DNA from: Klebsormidium nitens
Taxonomy: Eukaryota > Plantae > Klebsormidiophyceae
NCBI GenBank assembly: GCA_000708835.1
Contig: DF237699.1
Coordinates: 1-36,948, forward strand
DNA: 36,948 bases
Direction: 5' to 3'
A program made the translations under genes and the position numbers. The notes below the pieces were generated by a model, which saw only the letters and a list, made by a program, of their open reading frames with translations, ran no database searches and was not told where the DNA came from. Positions 1 to 12,900 of the stretch are shown here, in pieces. Each line of letters starts with the position of its first letter. Position 1 is the stretch's first letter.

Positions 1-86
1 GTGTAGGCTTGGAACCGTGCCTGATCGATAGCGAGTAGCTGTCACTGCGGAGTTGTATCGATGGCTGTGCTCGGGCACTAGTTGCC

Positions 87-300
87 TCAGACTGTGGACC
101 TTGTTGCGATTTGGCTGTATGGATACATTGCAGCCAACTGAAGAAATGTCTTCATGATCCTGAAGCCTAGATTGTCGATCATTCCAGGTACACATCGAAG
201 GTGCTCAGTTAAAGGCATGCTTAAACTTTCGAAACACAAAAGTCGTACACCGGAAAACTTGATTCCCATTTGCGTTTTCAGCGTCGCATCCGTCAATTCC
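87..300 (-). other. Possible exon or relic encoding a SAM-domain-like segment
   Basis: An acceptor ctgttcag precedes 300. The open frame ELTDATLKTQMGIKFSGVRLLCFESL fits the SAM helix 3-5 pattern LTxxxLKxx(L/M)GIxxxGxRxxhhxxh. No upstream exons could be linked with confidence. Confidence 0.27.
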
Positions 301-1811
301 TGAACAGGAGCCCACTAGAAGAGCGGCTTTCAGGACAATCAGATCACTCTCTCGTATTCTCCGTACTGGCAGCAAATGCTACTCTATTCTTTATACGACT
401 TGACACGCGCAGCTTATTGGATTACTGCTGAAACAATCAGCCGTCAGAACTGATGACTTCAAGGTCTTCTTGAGGAGTTTCTACAATCTTGAGGACATCT
501 TCATGGATCGCCCCAACGCTTGATAGCTCTGCTTCGTGCTCTTCTTGCATGTCGCTTGCAAAGTCATGACCCTATGGACCGGGCTATGATTATGCTGGTA
601 TCTGGGGCAGCCAGCGTTATAACCCAAGCGAGGTCTGTCGTGTCTAAGGCCAATCTTCGTGTTGTGCAGCTTACGAGAAGGGGTTTCTATCCGTACATAT
701 CCTGCGAGTTGATAGGGGCCGGCAACTCTGTTGACGAAACGCGGTCGTTGATGACGCTGCCAACCTATTCGTGATAACTGCAAGATCCTGGCCTTGAGAA
801 TCATGGGCACGCGGATTCACCTGTCTTGTTGGCTAACGCCTTCATCGCAGCTACTTGGTAACGGTTGCAAGATTTCCTCTCGGTTGCAGTTCACCCGTTG
901 CTTTTTCTGCCCACCTGGCACCTTGTCTAGACTTTGCGCTACGTAGTTTCCAATTTGACCATTTTTGTCTAATTGGGTGCTGCGCTGGAAGGGCTTCTAG
1001 TAAGACGTGGCAGGCAAGAGCTACGAGATGGTTGGCCGTACTCTTGTCTGTCGAAAGCCAGGTCTTCGCGAGGGTCTCGTTCTCATTCTCTCCGGATAAA
1101 CTTCAGGCTTTGATCATCGTCGAACTGAGATGGCACTTCTCAAGAGACCGGGGTTGCGCATTCGTGAGCCAGAGTGTCGTCCAAGATGTTTGAACCCCCC
1201 TCGTTAGCATCTCGCGTGATTTCTCAAAGACAGTCGTTTGAGAAGCAGCACGGCAGCCAATCAAAGTCAGGGAGGGCCGCCAGGCTCGCTCCACTCTCAA
1301 GGGTCTACACGTGGTCTATCCACTTTAAATTTTCCAGTTTTAACATGACTAGAACGGAGACAGTATCCGCCGCAACACGTATAGATTGCGCAAACTATTA
1401 CGCCGACCTGTTGCTTGGCGCCAAGCGGAAGCGTACACGTCTTGACAGGCTGCCCACTGTTTGCCCCCCCTTTCGAGTACGGCTTCTAGCTTGTGGCGTT
1501 CACTGCGTTTTATAGATCTCCAAACGTCAACGTCAATGCCATGACGTCGATGGCACGGTGGGCATAAAGAAGGCCCACAGCGAGTGAGTTGCTCTTTCTG
1601 AAGCCGGTGGTAGTTGTTGTTCATTGACATTGATCCGAGCCGATTCTTCTCTGAATCTTGGAACCTACCAGCAACCTTAGCACAACCAACCCAATCTCTG
1701 AAACATCAGCCACCTAACGACGATTTGATATTTTGCCGCCTTGCATTCCACGATTCATGTAGGTCAATCTGTTTGCTCGTACTCGGCCATGTTCGCAGCA
1801 GATTCTGCTAC

Positions 1812-2280
1812 CTTTTTTCACGGTTATTGAAAGCTCTAAAAGTGATCCTAGCTCAATCTGCAAGGCCAGCTTTACCCTTTTGCATGTTTCGTCAGCTATT
1901 TCACGCCGGCGCGCTGACATTGAGCGTGAATTGAGTGTCCAACTACAGCGGTTATGCTTGCAAGGCCCTACTCAAAGCAGCGCAGGCGGTACGAATCATC
2001 TGAGAGCTCGAGATCTCTAATGCTCTTCACTTGCCAGTGTTGATTGGGTTTTTCAGTAGGAGGCTCTTCTCTCGCGGCCGGAAACGATGCAGGCTGTGAT
2101 CTTACACGGCTTGAGATGGTAGGTCTCATTGGCTTTGTTGACGACCGTGAGCCAAAGCGCCGTTCTGGGCTTCCGTCTTGTAAGCTTTTAAGGTATCGGT
2201 GCTCCATACTCACATACCACATCTTCGATCAAGCTGGCTGTGATTGCAAAAGCTGCCTTTGGGTCATTTGGAACCAGATT
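1812..2280 (-). pseudogene. Exon-like fragments of an unidentified minus-strand gene, possibly decayed
   Basis: 2280-2218 (63 nt, NLVPNDPKAAFAITASLIEDV) is bounded by ggaacag and gtatgt. 1857-1812 (IELGSLLELSITVKK) is bounded by ttgcag and gtagca. The two are phase-compatible, but no family is recognised. Confidence 0.25.
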
Positions 2281-5200
2281 CTGTTCCAAAAAGAAGCAAT
2301 GTCACTCGATCAAAGGAAGATGCCAGTACCCCCTCAGATTGCTCATGCAATTATCGTATTGTTTGTCCCTCGTCTTTTAAGTGGTTCGAACAAGCAGAAA
2401 AAAGAAAAAGACCATTTTGGTATCATCAACTGCATACTAAACATCGACCCCGTGCTCAGCAGGGTGCATAACTGCATGACCTCTTCGTTCCACCCGCGTG
2501 TGAATACGACGTTAAATTGGTGCTTTGGAGACGCAGAACCGATTGTGACTTTCGCATATGTTTTGGCCTGAGTGTTCGAGAGTAGTAGCTTTGTTGCGCG
2601 TCGGCTGTGCATGAGGGTTGCCGAAGTTGGGGCAGCGATTGTCCCAGTGGTGTTCCACCTTCTGAATCCCTACTCAATCGGCCGGTGTAAGATGGTTCTT
2701 TGGGTGGCAGGAACGAACGGTAGGCCGATCGTGGTAACCCCAGTGCTGGGCCCGCTCTGCTTTTCCAAGTTGCATTTTGATGACAAGCATTTACCTACTC
2801 CTCGAGGCATGATCATGTATCTACCCCTATTGATTCAAAGTACCGGCGCACGCGGACATTTCTCTCCTGCCAAGGGTCACGGTGTTCCTCATGGGTTTGT
2901 ATTTAGCCCCAATACTCAGCTAGGTTCCTAGTTACACTGAAAACACTTCAATAGTGGTTTCTTGGCCGGGAGGACTTTTAAGGCGCCTTGGGGACCGTCA
3001 TGTCCCCACAAGCTTGCGGTTGTTCTTTCGCGAGGCCTTATGAGTGAGCGTACATATACTGGCCGTATCTTTTGACAGTCGACGGCAAACAAGCTAGACT
3101 ATGATTCCGGGAATCTGGCCCGCTGCAAGACTGGCTGTCCTTGGAAACGAGCTGAATCGAACGGTTCTAGAAAGCCACCAAGTTTCTTGAGTACTGGGCT
3201 GTCTCCGCTTTGTCTCTTGGCCGTTGATCACTTTCGACGCGTTGTAATAAACCGCGAAGAGTTAAACTTTGCTGGTCGTATCTGATGATCGAGGCCGGTT
3301 CGAAGCGCTGCAGCTTCCAAGATCTGCAAGCTGCTTTGGAAAGGTCGGGTCCATTTGCCGTCATAAGATTCTGGCGCCTGATTTCAAGAGGGCATAACGT
3401 GGCCCCTCAATGATCTTATGCAGTAGACCCTTGATGATTTGTCGCCGACACTTTGCAGTCCGACCCGCATCTGGCAACCCAGATGATTGGCATACGGGCG
3501 GATGGTCGCCGCGGCGTCACGGGTTAATTCGAGGACGCTGCCTTTCAGGAACTTCTCTTTGAATCTAAGTAGTGCCAAGCTAGCCAACGGCTTGAGCGCA
3601 CTGCAGGCTTGATGGGATCCTCCGCTGCTGTTCTGAGAATACGGTTGTCCAGATCAGTGGGTTATAACGACCACCACGTGTTGAGCAGGAAGGTCGTCCT
3701 TTTTGGGCCTGCCTCGGCTTCATGTCGTTTGGCAAGGGCCGTCAGGAGACCCCAGTTATCGCGGCACGTGGAGCGTCACTTTCTGCTTCCTGACAAGTGC
3801 GAAAAAGCTTCAAAAACCTCAGTGGAATCACGTTCTGTGTCGGGATAAAGGGCTTCTCTTGCATGAGTAGTGATGGCTAGCTCAATTACAATGAACGATT
3901 GAGATATCACCCTATTGAGGATGCCGAGTCATCTTTTCTGGCCATGATCGTGTGAAAGGAGCTGAGCAAGATCAGACTGGCTCAATGACATTTGCGAGGG
4001 TACATGGGTAAGCCAGAGGAGTTAAGCCGGCCGCCGTGCACTATTTGTGGGGACTTCCAGCGCATGCTCAGACGGCCGTTAGAGCATTGTTGATCCGGGT
4101 CACCTCCTTCTTCTCCCGCCCCGGTCGCGTGGCCGTGATTAAACCGGGGCTGTAATCCGGCTGGGAATGAGAGATACATGAGCTAGAGGCTTTTCAGAAG
4201 ATCACGACGCCACAATTTTCATTTCGATTATGATACCACAGTGACCTTAAAACGATCGCAAGCAACGGTAAGGAACGCTGCGCAGTGATGGATTGTAGCA
4301 CGCCGGGTGAGCGTGAGGCCACTTGACCAAATTCAAGTTTCTCGCATGTTTGCCAGAAAGCCATGACGTGCTCGTTTATCCAAGCTTTCCACGACGTAAC
4401 ATTCGACCTTCCAGAAGTCGAGAAGATGCCGCGGTCATCATTGTTGTTGGCTCAACACTTCGGTCGGTTGAAAGTGATGACTAGCTGCTGGACTGGAATA
4501 GTTAGTGCGTGCAGCCAGTAAACATACGAGCTTAAACTATAAGGCAAGAGCTTAAAGCTGACCAAATTAGACAAACGTCCATGTCAACGCGTTCCCAGGA
4601 CTTCGATAGGGATCTGGTTTCTCGCTGCCCTTCCGAGTCCTTTCGCCGGTTATGGACGTTCTCGAGCTCGTTAGCCGTGAAATACAACGTCAATTGCTGC
4701 AACGCGCGCCTGCTTGACATCGATATCCGGCGCGCGCTATAGTCTGACCCGCGTGCAATTCGTTATTTGTGTCGGGCTACTTGCGCTTGAGCCCAAGTGC
4801 TTCGCTGCACGTTTGCCACTGCCTTTTCAGCTGCCAATCTTTCATCGTGGTTTGAGGAGATATACACACTTCGAAAAGAGCAGTTAGGCTCGGCACTGAT
4901 TGCTGCCTGCGTGGGGACCATTGCAAACCCAGACGTAGAAGTTTGCACCTGTCTTGATGCCAGCGGCTACATGAGATTCAGATGCTGATGACACCGTTAC
5001 TGCCACGAAAGTTGGAATTAAGGGACCCAAATTATAGCGCCTGACTGAGTATACGTTTCGAAAGAACACTAGTAGAGTGCTGGATTGTTGTCTCGGAATA
5101 TTAGGAGCACTCAACGGGTGCGTGAATGTCCGTATTTCTCTTACCAATTCTTATTGGCAGGTTCATCTCGAAAGCTGCCAGTCAGTTGATTTTATCGGCA

Positions 5201-5448
5201 GAAGAGCCTCTCCTGCCACGTCCACTCGATGCTTAAAGTTTTCCGGAGCCTCTGTGACATTTGCTTAGCTTAAGTCATGCTCTCCCCTACAACAGTGTGC
5301 CGCTCATCTCAAGCTTTTGTGATTTGTACTCTTGAGTCTCGCTGGTACTGTTTGCAGTGACTATCTTAGCCCTTAGCCACTGACGAGACACTTGGGTACG
5401 TTTTCCAAATCTGGTTCTTGTGTTGCGCTTCGTACTGGCCGTGATAGA

Positions 5449-5475
5449 CTAGATGCCTGGAGCTTTGAGCTCCAG
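5449..5475 (-). repeat. Hairpin (8-bp stem) next to CTAG; shares flank with the 15302-15345 hairpin
   Basis: ctggagct-ttg-agctccag at 5457-5475 and CTAG at 5449-5452. The flank atagactagatgcctggagct matches 15302-15322 at 19/21. Confidence 0.4.
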
Positions 5476-7913
5476 AGCCGGTGCAACTTGTTAGCCATGT
5501 GAAGCCAGGACTTGCCACCTGGTTCTACGGTTCTTCAAGTGGCGCTGCTGCAAAGATTATACTTCCTCCCAGCCAGCTTCTAGTCGCCCGTCCTTGTGGG
5601 CTCCCACATCCCCTTTATCCATATTAGTTTGGATCGAGTCTACCAAAGTCATAGAGTGCTGATGCTTTAAGCCGTACAGGCCGTACGCGGTGATGTCAAA
5701 CCTCACTATCTAGCGTGAACAAAAAGTCAGCCGGCGGTTTCATAGCTTCGAAGGTTCCCATCAGACACATATTAACATGCATGTCACAGCTTTGAAATGA
5801 CACATATCTGCAAGGCATGCCAGTCAGAGTTGTGAGTAAAGCAGACTTGGGTGAGTTCTAGTGAGGTCAGCTAGAACACTTCCATGCTTTCTGTAAACAT
5901 GGGCGCGACTCAGGCTTGTATGACACAATCGAAGCTAGAAGCGAAGCATTATTGAAGAAGTGAACCCATCCCATGCATGAGCCCCAGTACGTCTCCTTAG
6001 AACAAACGGAAGCAACCAACTTCGTTGAAGAAGCTGATTCGTTCTGATGCCAGGACTCCCCAATTGTAAGTCTCCTTCCGACCGAAGGGGGCACAAAATG
6101 TTTGCATACATATATTGAAGGCAGTATGATGTTCGGAAGTCTTATTGAGGCTGCGACGGTTCTGGCACTTTAGCCTTCGATTTCGGATTTACTGAAATCT
6201 GGCACCGGCCCACTGTTTACTTTAAGGGATCATCGGTGGTTGGCTGTGAGGACCGGCACGTATGTTCGTTCAAGGGGCCGCACAGGCTGTCTCCGACGAG
6301 ATCTTTTTTTCGACCCTCCTCCTGAGCCTTCAGTGGGCCTTCCACTCATCTTCGGTATGAACGTCGGGAATACTCATAAGCACGAGAGTTTGGCAGATCA
6401 ATGATTGAGATGGTTTTCACCCCGTCTGATGCCACCAGCAACGTACCCACTTAGTCGGCCGGGCCGTGTTCCTGTCTTTTGTGCTAATCAGGCAGAGGCT
6501 GGCAGTGCAAAGAACCGTAAAGTCAAAACTCAAGCTATTTGCTTATTGGATCTCAGATGATCACATCGCATCTGCCGATCTTCTGGCGGTGTTAGACTGA
6601 TATTTCACGCAGTGAATTGTCTTTGGCAGACCAGTCTTTTTGCCCCGTGCGTTAGCCGGGTCTGACGCTTTCTACAAAGCGGGTGTCAATCCACGTGGCT
6701 CCGCGGCGGTCTCCACGCAGTACACCCTGCTCCAGTGTCGCCGAAAAGTCGCCCACGCGCACAGAGTCTTGCGCAGGCAACCCAGACGACTCAACCCTTA
6801 GTACACCGTAGGGGAGGCTAGTCGATTTAGCGTGTCATTGATTTCAAGGTGCACTTATTTCGATCCTCTAGTCATGATTTGTCAGATCAATTCACAGGCA
6901 TACATGCTTCAGCGATTTGCTCCGGAAGACGCTACGTGCCTCCTAACGGACCCGGCCAGCCATTCCGGCTGTGACGACCATTATGCGCTGACTATGAGAT
7001 CGGTACGTTCCGACTAAGTGAACAATAGAGTTAGAAAACAGTATGCGTCGAAGAGATTCCTGGCTAAACATCTGATCTCCTAAACCAGATGTTTCCGCGC
7101 TCCGGCGCACTGCCACTCACCATAATCCCATAATACCCTTACTAATCCGACTCGGCCGTCCACTGCTTGAATTTCTTATTGTCTACTGCATCGATCGAGT
7201 TGGAGAGACTCTGTTTCGAGTATATTGGAATTCCTCTCGTGGGTTCAAAAGCTTTCAAGAGCCAAGGCGACTGTCATAAGCTGGCCGGTTCGATTATTCG
7301 TAGCTTCCTGACGCTGACGTAGCAGATGGCTTGAGATCCACTATTGAACTCTGCGAAAGCATAGGCGGTTTCTTGTGGGTACGTGTCAACAGCCCACCAA
7401 TTGAATAGCATAAAACAATCCATGCTTTTCTCCAGTCCTGCTTGGCCTCGATATTCCAAGTGTGATTTTTAAAAGCAGCTTAGGTTGGCTGCTGATCACA
7501 GAATCCCCCACCCGCCAACATGGGAGGTAGAATGCCTTCGGTGCGATTTGAATCCTTGCGGTCAGCAGTACTTTCACTTCTTGGATCCATCGTGCAGGTG
7601 TTTACGCCCGTGCAGCAGTCTGACAAAAAGAATTCTGAATCGAAATCTTCCATAAAGTACATGATCTTGGTTCTTGCCTTGCAGCTTGTGGATTTGGTGT
7701 GAAATTCTTGTTGTTCGACTTCGTGTTCAGCAGCACCTTCGTTCATTCGTCGGCCGTGAGGATTGCTAGATGTTGGGCAGAACATGACTCGTCCCGGAAG
7801 TAATCGACCTCTGAGGCCCCGGTCAGGCCGTGATGGAACATCTTGGTTCCACCGTTAGAAGATTGCAGTCACGGTAATTGCAGAAGCCGCATGAAAGTTT
7901 TGCTAGCTAGAGT

Positions 7914-8111
7914 CTGGAAACGCAACTGTGCCCTACTAACCGCGGTGTGCCCTAAGATTGGCAACCGGGGGGACGGGTAGGGTTAGCTTGGTGGTTAGCG
8001 TGGGTTCGGGTGCGGAGCGCGTGAAATATTCGGGTTAGGGTTTTTAGTTTGTTCGGTCGGGGTTTACGGATCTTAGGGCACACTGCTCTTAGGGCACACT
8101 TGAGTTACCAG
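7914..8111. mobile_element. MITE-like non-autonomous element (198 bp) with ~45-bp TIRs and a G-rich, telomere-like core
   Basis: Left end CTGGAAACGCAACTGTGCCCTACTAACCGCGGTGTGCCCTAAGAT versus reverse complement of the right end CTGGTAACTCAAGTGTGCCCTA---AGAGCAGTGTGCCCTAAGAT. Each TIR holds two GTGTGCCCTA(AGA)-type subrepeats. The interior contains tagggttag and gggttagggttt. No clean TSD. Confidence 0.8.
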
Positions 8112-9793
8112 TATTTGTGATAGTAGGCACGCTTGTCCGTGCACTTTTAATGCTAAGAACGCACGTGAATAATGACATGCCAAGATTTTCTGTCCTTTCA
8201 GTCGGAGCCGGCGCGTTGTACAGAATAACTTCTATCCGAGACCTGAAGGGAATGGCAAAATCTCCCTACATACGCGCAAGACACTTCCCATATTGCTGCT
8301 GGCCAAGATGCTTAGAGCCATCATGGGCTTATTCTGTGCTCTGAGTTCAGCTTGCAGGACATCTACTGATGCCAATGCGCGTGACTGCTCGCCAAATTTT
8401 CGTCCTTTTTCATTCTTATGATTTGATAAGCGTTTCCGTCAAAAGCCGCGTGCATATGTGCGTAGTTGCTTCCGCGGCGGTCAACCAGCGCCGCATGCGC
8501 TAAGACAGTATTCCAACCGTGCGCCCTATGAGCTGCTCGCAATTGAGGCATCCAGATCGAACTGATCAGAGGTTTTTGTGTGCACCTCCTTGAAGCCCTG
8601 TATCTTGCAAAGTCTGTTGGTCGATTCTTTAAGGTCTGCTGGACTCAGCGCTTCTTGCTGTAATTCCCGGCAGGCCGCGCGCTGTGCTTACAGCTTTGCA
8701 TACCATGGGCCTTAGTGCGGCCCAGCACAACGCATTCGCCCAGAATATGAGCCGCCAAGAATAGCATGCACAAGCCATACCAGAAGTCTGGAGGCGTAGT
8801 GGTTCGCCCAACCACACCATTGAGAAGAAAACGTTCACTGCAACTTGAAGGTCGATCAGTGCGCCGCTCGATTGCATGAAAGAGTTGCAGTTGAGGAAGA
8901 ACTGCTGCCGTCATGCGACTGTGCTAGCTCCAGAAAATCAGGCGGCCTTACTTGTATTTATTTCTGAAGTTTTTCGCTTTTCCTGACTTGGACTTGCTGT
9001 GGCCGTGAACGGATGCTGAGGAGGGTTTTCCTCATTGTCGTTTTGCTTGCTCAAATCAAGGCTGATGCCACGTTCTTTCTTTTCTGGATGATGACGCCCA
9101 CACTTTCAATGTCCGAACGCTCTATCGCTCGCGTTCAGTGTAAACGTATCGGCAGAGCTTGCTGACGTGGACCGGTACCGAGATTCATAGCTCCTGAAAT
9201 CAGCGCAAAGTGAACGGCGAAGATGAGAAGTGATATGGCGCGGAATGAGCTCGAGGCCACGTATGCCCCTATTAACTCTCCCTCTCGATGCCGCGTGTAC
9301 TCTTTCCTGTGGAATCTCCAAAAAGGGGTCGATCTGATTGTTTGTGCAGAAAGCAGAAAAGAACGGGTCTGTCGAATGGGCGCGTTCACTTTGGTGACAA
9401 GAAGTGCTGTCTTCTGCCTTGGGGTAAAAAAACGCACGACTGGATTTTGATGCTTTTACAGGCAAGACTCGAAGAAAATCATCGTGTGAGGCTTACTGAG
9501 GCCAGTGCGCATAATCTTGGCTAGGTTGAACCGGATTTCAGCTTCTCTTTTGCTCTCCAGGTGCTGGATAAAAGGGGTCAATGAGCACTGGCTGTAGGAC
9601 TTCATCGCACGGCGCGTTTGCTTGACGAAAAAAAATTCAAAGGAGTTCAAGTTGTCCTGAAACCCCTCCGTCAACGGATCGGAGCGGTCACTTGGCACTC
9701 GGGCAGACTGAAATGGGTCTGGTCAACGACGTTCATGCGATTGATCTAGGACTCGATTGGCTTCACTTGCAAGAAGCACCTTCTAAATGATAG

Positions 9794-9944
9794 CCCGGCT
9801 TAAGATCGTTGTGAGGCCACTTCGATCTTAAACCTATTCAGGTATTCAGGCTATTTCGGTCTTAAACGTTGTGTGAGACCACTTTGATCTTAAAAGCTGA
9901 ATTTCTGAGATCAAAACGGCCTCAGCAAACGAGCTTAAATCGGG
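9794..9944. mobile_element. Small MITE-like element (151 bp)
   Basis: Imperfect TIRs CCCGGCTTAAGATCGTT-G-TGAGGCCACTTCGATCT versus CCCGATTTAAGCTCGTTTGCTGAGGCCGTTTTGATCT (29/37 columns), plus a third internal direct copy at ~9861-9891. Confidence 0.62.
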
Positions 9945-12900
9945 TATTGATTTAAAGTGTAATTTTCTCCATATCGAGTTAACCTTGTAGTGATGTTTGC
10001 GCTAATAATGCTCCGACGCCAGATCGTCGCGCAACTTGTGGTCACCACAGATGAAAGGTCCGTTCACGATCAAAATTAAGGTGCGTTTTTCCTGATTCAC
10101 TTTGGAGTCGTGGGCTGCCCATATCGGAAGATCAAAAAGGTAAAAAAAAAGGAATTCGGATTTCGTACGTAACGAGATCGATACGACCTTTTGAACCGGC
10201 CTTTCAGAAGTGCGCTGCACGATTTTCTTTGCCTGCTTTTACTGTTCCGTAGCATTATGTCGGGGCTCGGCAATGATTGCGTACTGGCCGGCCGGCTTGG
10301 GGCTCATCACGTCCCAAGCCCTTCGTCGAAGTACATGATGCCATAAGGATTCATCTTTACGGAAATCTGGTACGCTTAATCCGGGTTTGACTCGGATCGG
10401 CCACGTATGAAAGCTGACTATTGCTTTTAGCATTATTGAATCGACGACACCGTACGTGTACGTCTTATTTGTGGGCAGATTCTGTTGTTGGGTTCAGAGC
10501 TGACAGCCACCCGATCCGGAACTGGAACCTTAACATTTGATGGCAACCCAAAGCTGTCTAAATATATACGAGACCAAGAATCCTGAGAGTCGCGAAAACT
10601 GGCCTTTTGCATTCAGATCTTGAAAACCTGCTTTGATTGAACCTACTTTGCCTTGATTGCATTGATCTGGTATGACTACTGCCAGTGCTTAGAGGGCATG
10701 ATATACCACGTATTAACTCCACGGATGTCCCCATCAGTGGTTTCTGCTGTAGTGTCGCCGAACGCCTTAGTGCATGACTTCGTCTTGCATCTGGCGACTC
10801 AGCTGATTGGCAGACTGGGCGATCGTTCTGCGACGTTGTGGGCCCCAGGACCCCCTCCTGAACTGGAAGAGCCGGTGCCTGTCAGCAAGTAGAGGCCGAC
10901 GTGCATGCTCGAGCACGAGTATTCACTGATTCACGGCTGCTCCGATTCCTACACAGATAGAACGTTAATGATCGGCTGTGACGACTGCCAAAGCACTGAG
11001 CAAGACTTGCCTCAATCGGACCTTCGTCGTCTACGGAGCCCAATTGCCGAAGTCTCGTATTAGAATGTTTTGTAAGTTTTATTGAACTCGTGGCATTGGT
11101 AGACATGGAGGTTTGCTTTTCTGATCTGGAGCAGAGTATGCTTTCTTCCGACGTCTGGCGAAAGGACAATCGACTGCGGTTGTACAAATGCAACGGCCTG
11201 ACAACTTAATAGGAACGATCGAGCCCCTAACGTGCTGACTTGTCTATCTTCCTTGTTGGCCTTGATCAAGTGAGAGAAACTTGGGCGACTTTTCTAAGCT
11301 CAGAGAAGCATGGTACATGGGGACGTGAGGCCAGGAACCCCCTCTGGTACGCTATGCGTTGAATTTGGAATAAGCGTCTATGGCCGGTTGTTCATTCCAA
11401 CACAAGCGAAAAGCTTTCCATGCAATTATATTTGCCGGGGAGGGGACTCTGAATCGACGAACCGTCAGCTAGAGAATATTTAGGAGTTTCAGGTTATCAA
11501 ACACGGGCTGAAACAACAACTCGTATCCTTGATTCCGGGTCGTGTGTCATTCGATCTCTTTGCTAGCTTTCCTTTGTTTCTTGGAGCAGATTTTCCAATC
11601 TGGAAAATGGTCATGCACGTGATCAGGCACGTCCTAACGGTTCGAACCTGTTCGCACTTCGGGCTTGAGGACATGGGGATCGTACTGACGCCACGGCTTT
11701 TTATATGACCGAAAGTCCTCTTAGTTGTTTCCACATGGAAGAGGTTCTTCAATGACCTAGTTACTTCGGAGAAAAGTGCTGGTTATGATTTGTGCGGCTA
11801 AATTGTGACCCTCCGGCCGTCACGGGTGCACAAAGCTACGGTTGAGTTGGACTTGAGAGGGCGGTGGTGCTGCTAGCCACGGTGGATACGTGCGGTGAGG
11901 GAGTCGACCTTTCGGGGGGGACCCACGCCGTGCTGCTGCAGCCTGTGTGGAACCCCACGGTGAATGAGCAGGTGCGTGAGGAAACAGCTTGAATTGACCC
12001 TTAGGTATACCGTCGAGAAGCCCGCAAAGCTCAAGTTCTCTCAGATTTACGCCGCCGGTAGCGGTACGTTGCGCGCAATATTTTATTCCTTCGCTTTCTG
12101 CTCCTGCGCGGTGCTTTTGCAGTGCCTCGGCTATGATCAGTGCTGGCATATCCAGACGTTCTACGCTAAACTGCGGCTCAGAGCAGCTGTCGACGTTGCC
12201 GCGAACGTATTCGTTGCCAAGATAAGTTCGCATCTTACACATAGTTGAAATATTTGCTGACCCTTGAGACGGATCTTTTGTCCTCCAACCGGGTGTGCCT
12301 GCTAAAAAGTGTTGCAACCCTATACCTCATATTTGACGTGATCACAAGTTTGGTTGATCCGGGGCCTTCGAGTAAGGTGGACGCAAAGTCTATTCGAATT
12401 CCCCGCTCAATTAGGCTCTTCCCAACTAGTACGTTGATGTGGCCGCGAATGAACCGGGAGCCCATCTGAGAAAGATATTGTCTCAGTACGTAGCGTTTCT
12501 TTCGTTTCAAGTATGACGCGTCACGCCACCTTTCTGACGTCAGCCTCTTCCAAAATTACGTATCAGATCCAATAAGATGATAGGTTGCTCCATTCCATTG
12601 ACGGACTCGAAAACTGTCAGCGAATCTGCTTAATCTGAAACGGTAGTGGATATTGTGACGCATCATCAGTGAGGAGATTTAATGGCATTGGCAATGATGA
12701 ATGGTGACACGTTGCATGGGCCCGTGGCGATGGACGCGCCAGGACAGGCATCGCCCGCTTTCTTCGCGATGCCAGCTGCTTAATCGGAATCTGATTCAGT
12801 GTAAAACAATCGTCTTCCAAGTCTCAGAGATGCGGCGCCGCAGTTAGGTTGCGAGATTGCGGGTTCAAGTTGATTGAAAGCGCCTGTAGCTGAGCTGCCG

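Noticed and set aside
2480-2560. VTIGSASPKHQFNVVFTRG, resembling an aspartic protease N-terminus
   Set aside because: The catalytic DTG is absent and there is no further similarity.
9200-9250. ITSHLRRS, resembling a tyrosine-recombinase HxLR motif
   Set aside because: The register is wrong and no other catalytic motif is nearby.
10934-10990. MIGCDDC, resembling a PHD finger
   Set aside because: The downstream W-x-H-x-x-C and final Cys pair are missing.
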